DNA of 36,278 nt from Anaerohalosphaeraceae bacterium (GTDB taxonomy: Bacteria > Planctomycetota > Phycisphaerae > Sedimentisphaerales > Anaerohalosphaeraceae), in assembly GCA_050309605.1 (NCBI GenBank), contig JBNRMN010000009.1, positions 1-36,278 on the forward strand. The letters are read 5' to 3'. Position 1 is the stretch's first letter, and the number at the start of each line of letters is the position of its first letter. Positions 35,237 to 36,278 of this stretch are shown here, piece by piece. A program made the translations under genes and the position numbers. The notes beneath the pieces are model-generated. The model ran no database searches, had not been told where the DNA came from, and saw nothing but the letters and a program-made list of their open reading frames with translations.

Positions 35237-36037
35237 TTATTTCCGCCCCATTATCCTTCTCTTTCTCCCCGCCAAAAAGGCTCCGAAGACAAGGAGGGAG
35301 ACGGTAGCAGGTTCGGGAACGATGATGATGTCAGCGGTAACTTCAACGCCATTCAAATAGATAATATTAAACGTATTATTTAGTGCCGTACCATCTGCCA
35401 ACGTACCTGTGATAGTGCCAGTTCTCTGGTAGTGAGTCTCAAACCACTCTGTAAGCGGAACGAAATCGCTTAGACGATCTCCATAAGAAAGAGTTTGCCC
35501 GTTAACTTCAAATCCTGTTCCATAAAGAAAAATACTACCACTATCACCCACCCTCAAATAATCTTCAATAGACCCTCCAAACACTGAAACAATAGAATTC
35601 CCATAACTACTGAAGGCTCCAAGAGAACCCCCGTATATAGACAGATGAGCATTTTCGTGAAGAGTAAGATGATTAGTATCTCCCCCTATAATATTAACAG
35701 TAGAATTTGAAGTCGCACTGCTATACCCCTTAACTAAGCCATCAGTTATGGTAATCATGTTATCTCCCTCTGCATGAAAACCTCCGTAATTGACTGTCCC
35801 ACCATCAATATTAAGAGTAGCGTGATGATATAGATAGATACTACCGAAAAATAAACCACCCTCAACCAAATTAACGTGTGTGCCTGGAATTATGTCATTA
35901 TCGGGATCTAATTCTAGATCACTATGATAATAGGTGCTGATAGTGTGAGATTGACCATCAATCAAAGTTAAAGCCATCACTGCAGGATTGACAGACAACA
36001 GGACAAGTAAGATTTGAAAAACAAATGCCTTCTTCAT
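35237..36037 (-). CDS. PEP-CTERM protein with Gly-Gly beta-helix-like repeats
   Basis: TAAGGAG RBS before ATG 36037; signal ending ..AVMA; VN/LNI.GG repeats; G.ITGTLADGT.LNN.F; VPEPATVSLLVFGAFLAGRKRR. Confidence 0.88.
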   Translation of the reverse strand: MKKAFVFQILLVLLSVNPAVMALTLIDGQSHTISTYYHSDLELDPDNDIIPGTHVNLVEGGLFFGSIYLYHHATLNIDGGTVNYGGFHAEGDNMITITDGLVKGYSSATSNSTVNIIGGDTNHLTLHENAHLSIYGGSLGAFSSYGNSIVSVFGGSIEDYLRVGDSGSIFLYGTGFEVNGQTLSYGDRLSDFVPLTEWFETHYQRTGTITGTLADGTALNNTFNIIYLNGVEVTADIIIVPEPATVSLLVFGAFLAGRKRRIMGRK

Positions 36038-36082
36038 CAGTTTCTCCTTAAAGCCACTTCTGTTTTCTCGTACACAAGTCAC

Positions 36083-36110
36083 ATTATATCCACTTCCCAA
36101 GAAGTGTCAA
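36083..36110 (-). promoter_or_regulatory. Consensus sigma70 promoter with an inverted repeat over the spacer and -35
   Basis: Minus strand TTGACA-16 nt-TATAAT; CACTTC-CCAA-GAAGTG at 36091-36106. Confidence 0.7.
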
Positions 36111-36278
36111 GTAGATTATAGGTCATACCAGTATGCTTAAATTAGATAATCCGTAAGATTTTAGCCGTTTGAAGCAAAAATTTTAAAAATTCTTTGAAAA
36201 ATTCATATTTTAGACTTGCGCCATCCTGTATTTTGAGTATTGTTTCGTGTAATGAAACAACGCACGGAACAATCTGTC

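Overview
Bacterial genomic window. Six PEP-CTERM domains, six dockerin-like EF-hand modules and D/E-P-N-rich exported proteins suggest an anaerobic planctomycete (Phycisphaerae, Sedimentisphaerales-like); this is inferred, not proven. From left to right: (1) 1-6.0 kb is a rearranged surface-protein locus. A vWA/DUF11/beta-helix/dockerin gene appears split in two by a ~1.45-kb insert that carries two in-frame fused PEP-CTERM paralogs and a signal peptide now heading the downstream half. A third paralog and a headless GLUG/dockerin fragment follow. (2) 6.0-16.7 kb is a LacI-controlled beta-1,3-glucan (laminarin) locus: GH161-like phosphorylase, GPH-family MFS symporter, dockerin-CBM32-GH16 glucanase, two uncharacterised exported proteins, five copies of a candidate operator, and a poly-G tract in a promoter spacer. 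(3) 16.8-22.2 kb holds YkgJ-like, AlkD-like, alkaline phosphatase, a hypothetical protein and YhaM. (4) 22.3-26.1 kb holds two dockerin-bearing putative secreted peptidases. (5) nrfHA, a lone Fe-S hydro-lyase beta subunit and an EF-G paralog. (6) 31.5-36.3 kb is an AT-richer accessory tract with an intact IS30 element that interrupts a membrane-protein gene, plus two more PEP-CTERM genes. No tRNA, rRNA, CRISPR array, integrase or reverse transcriptase was seen. All family calls come from motif recognition by eye, without database searches.
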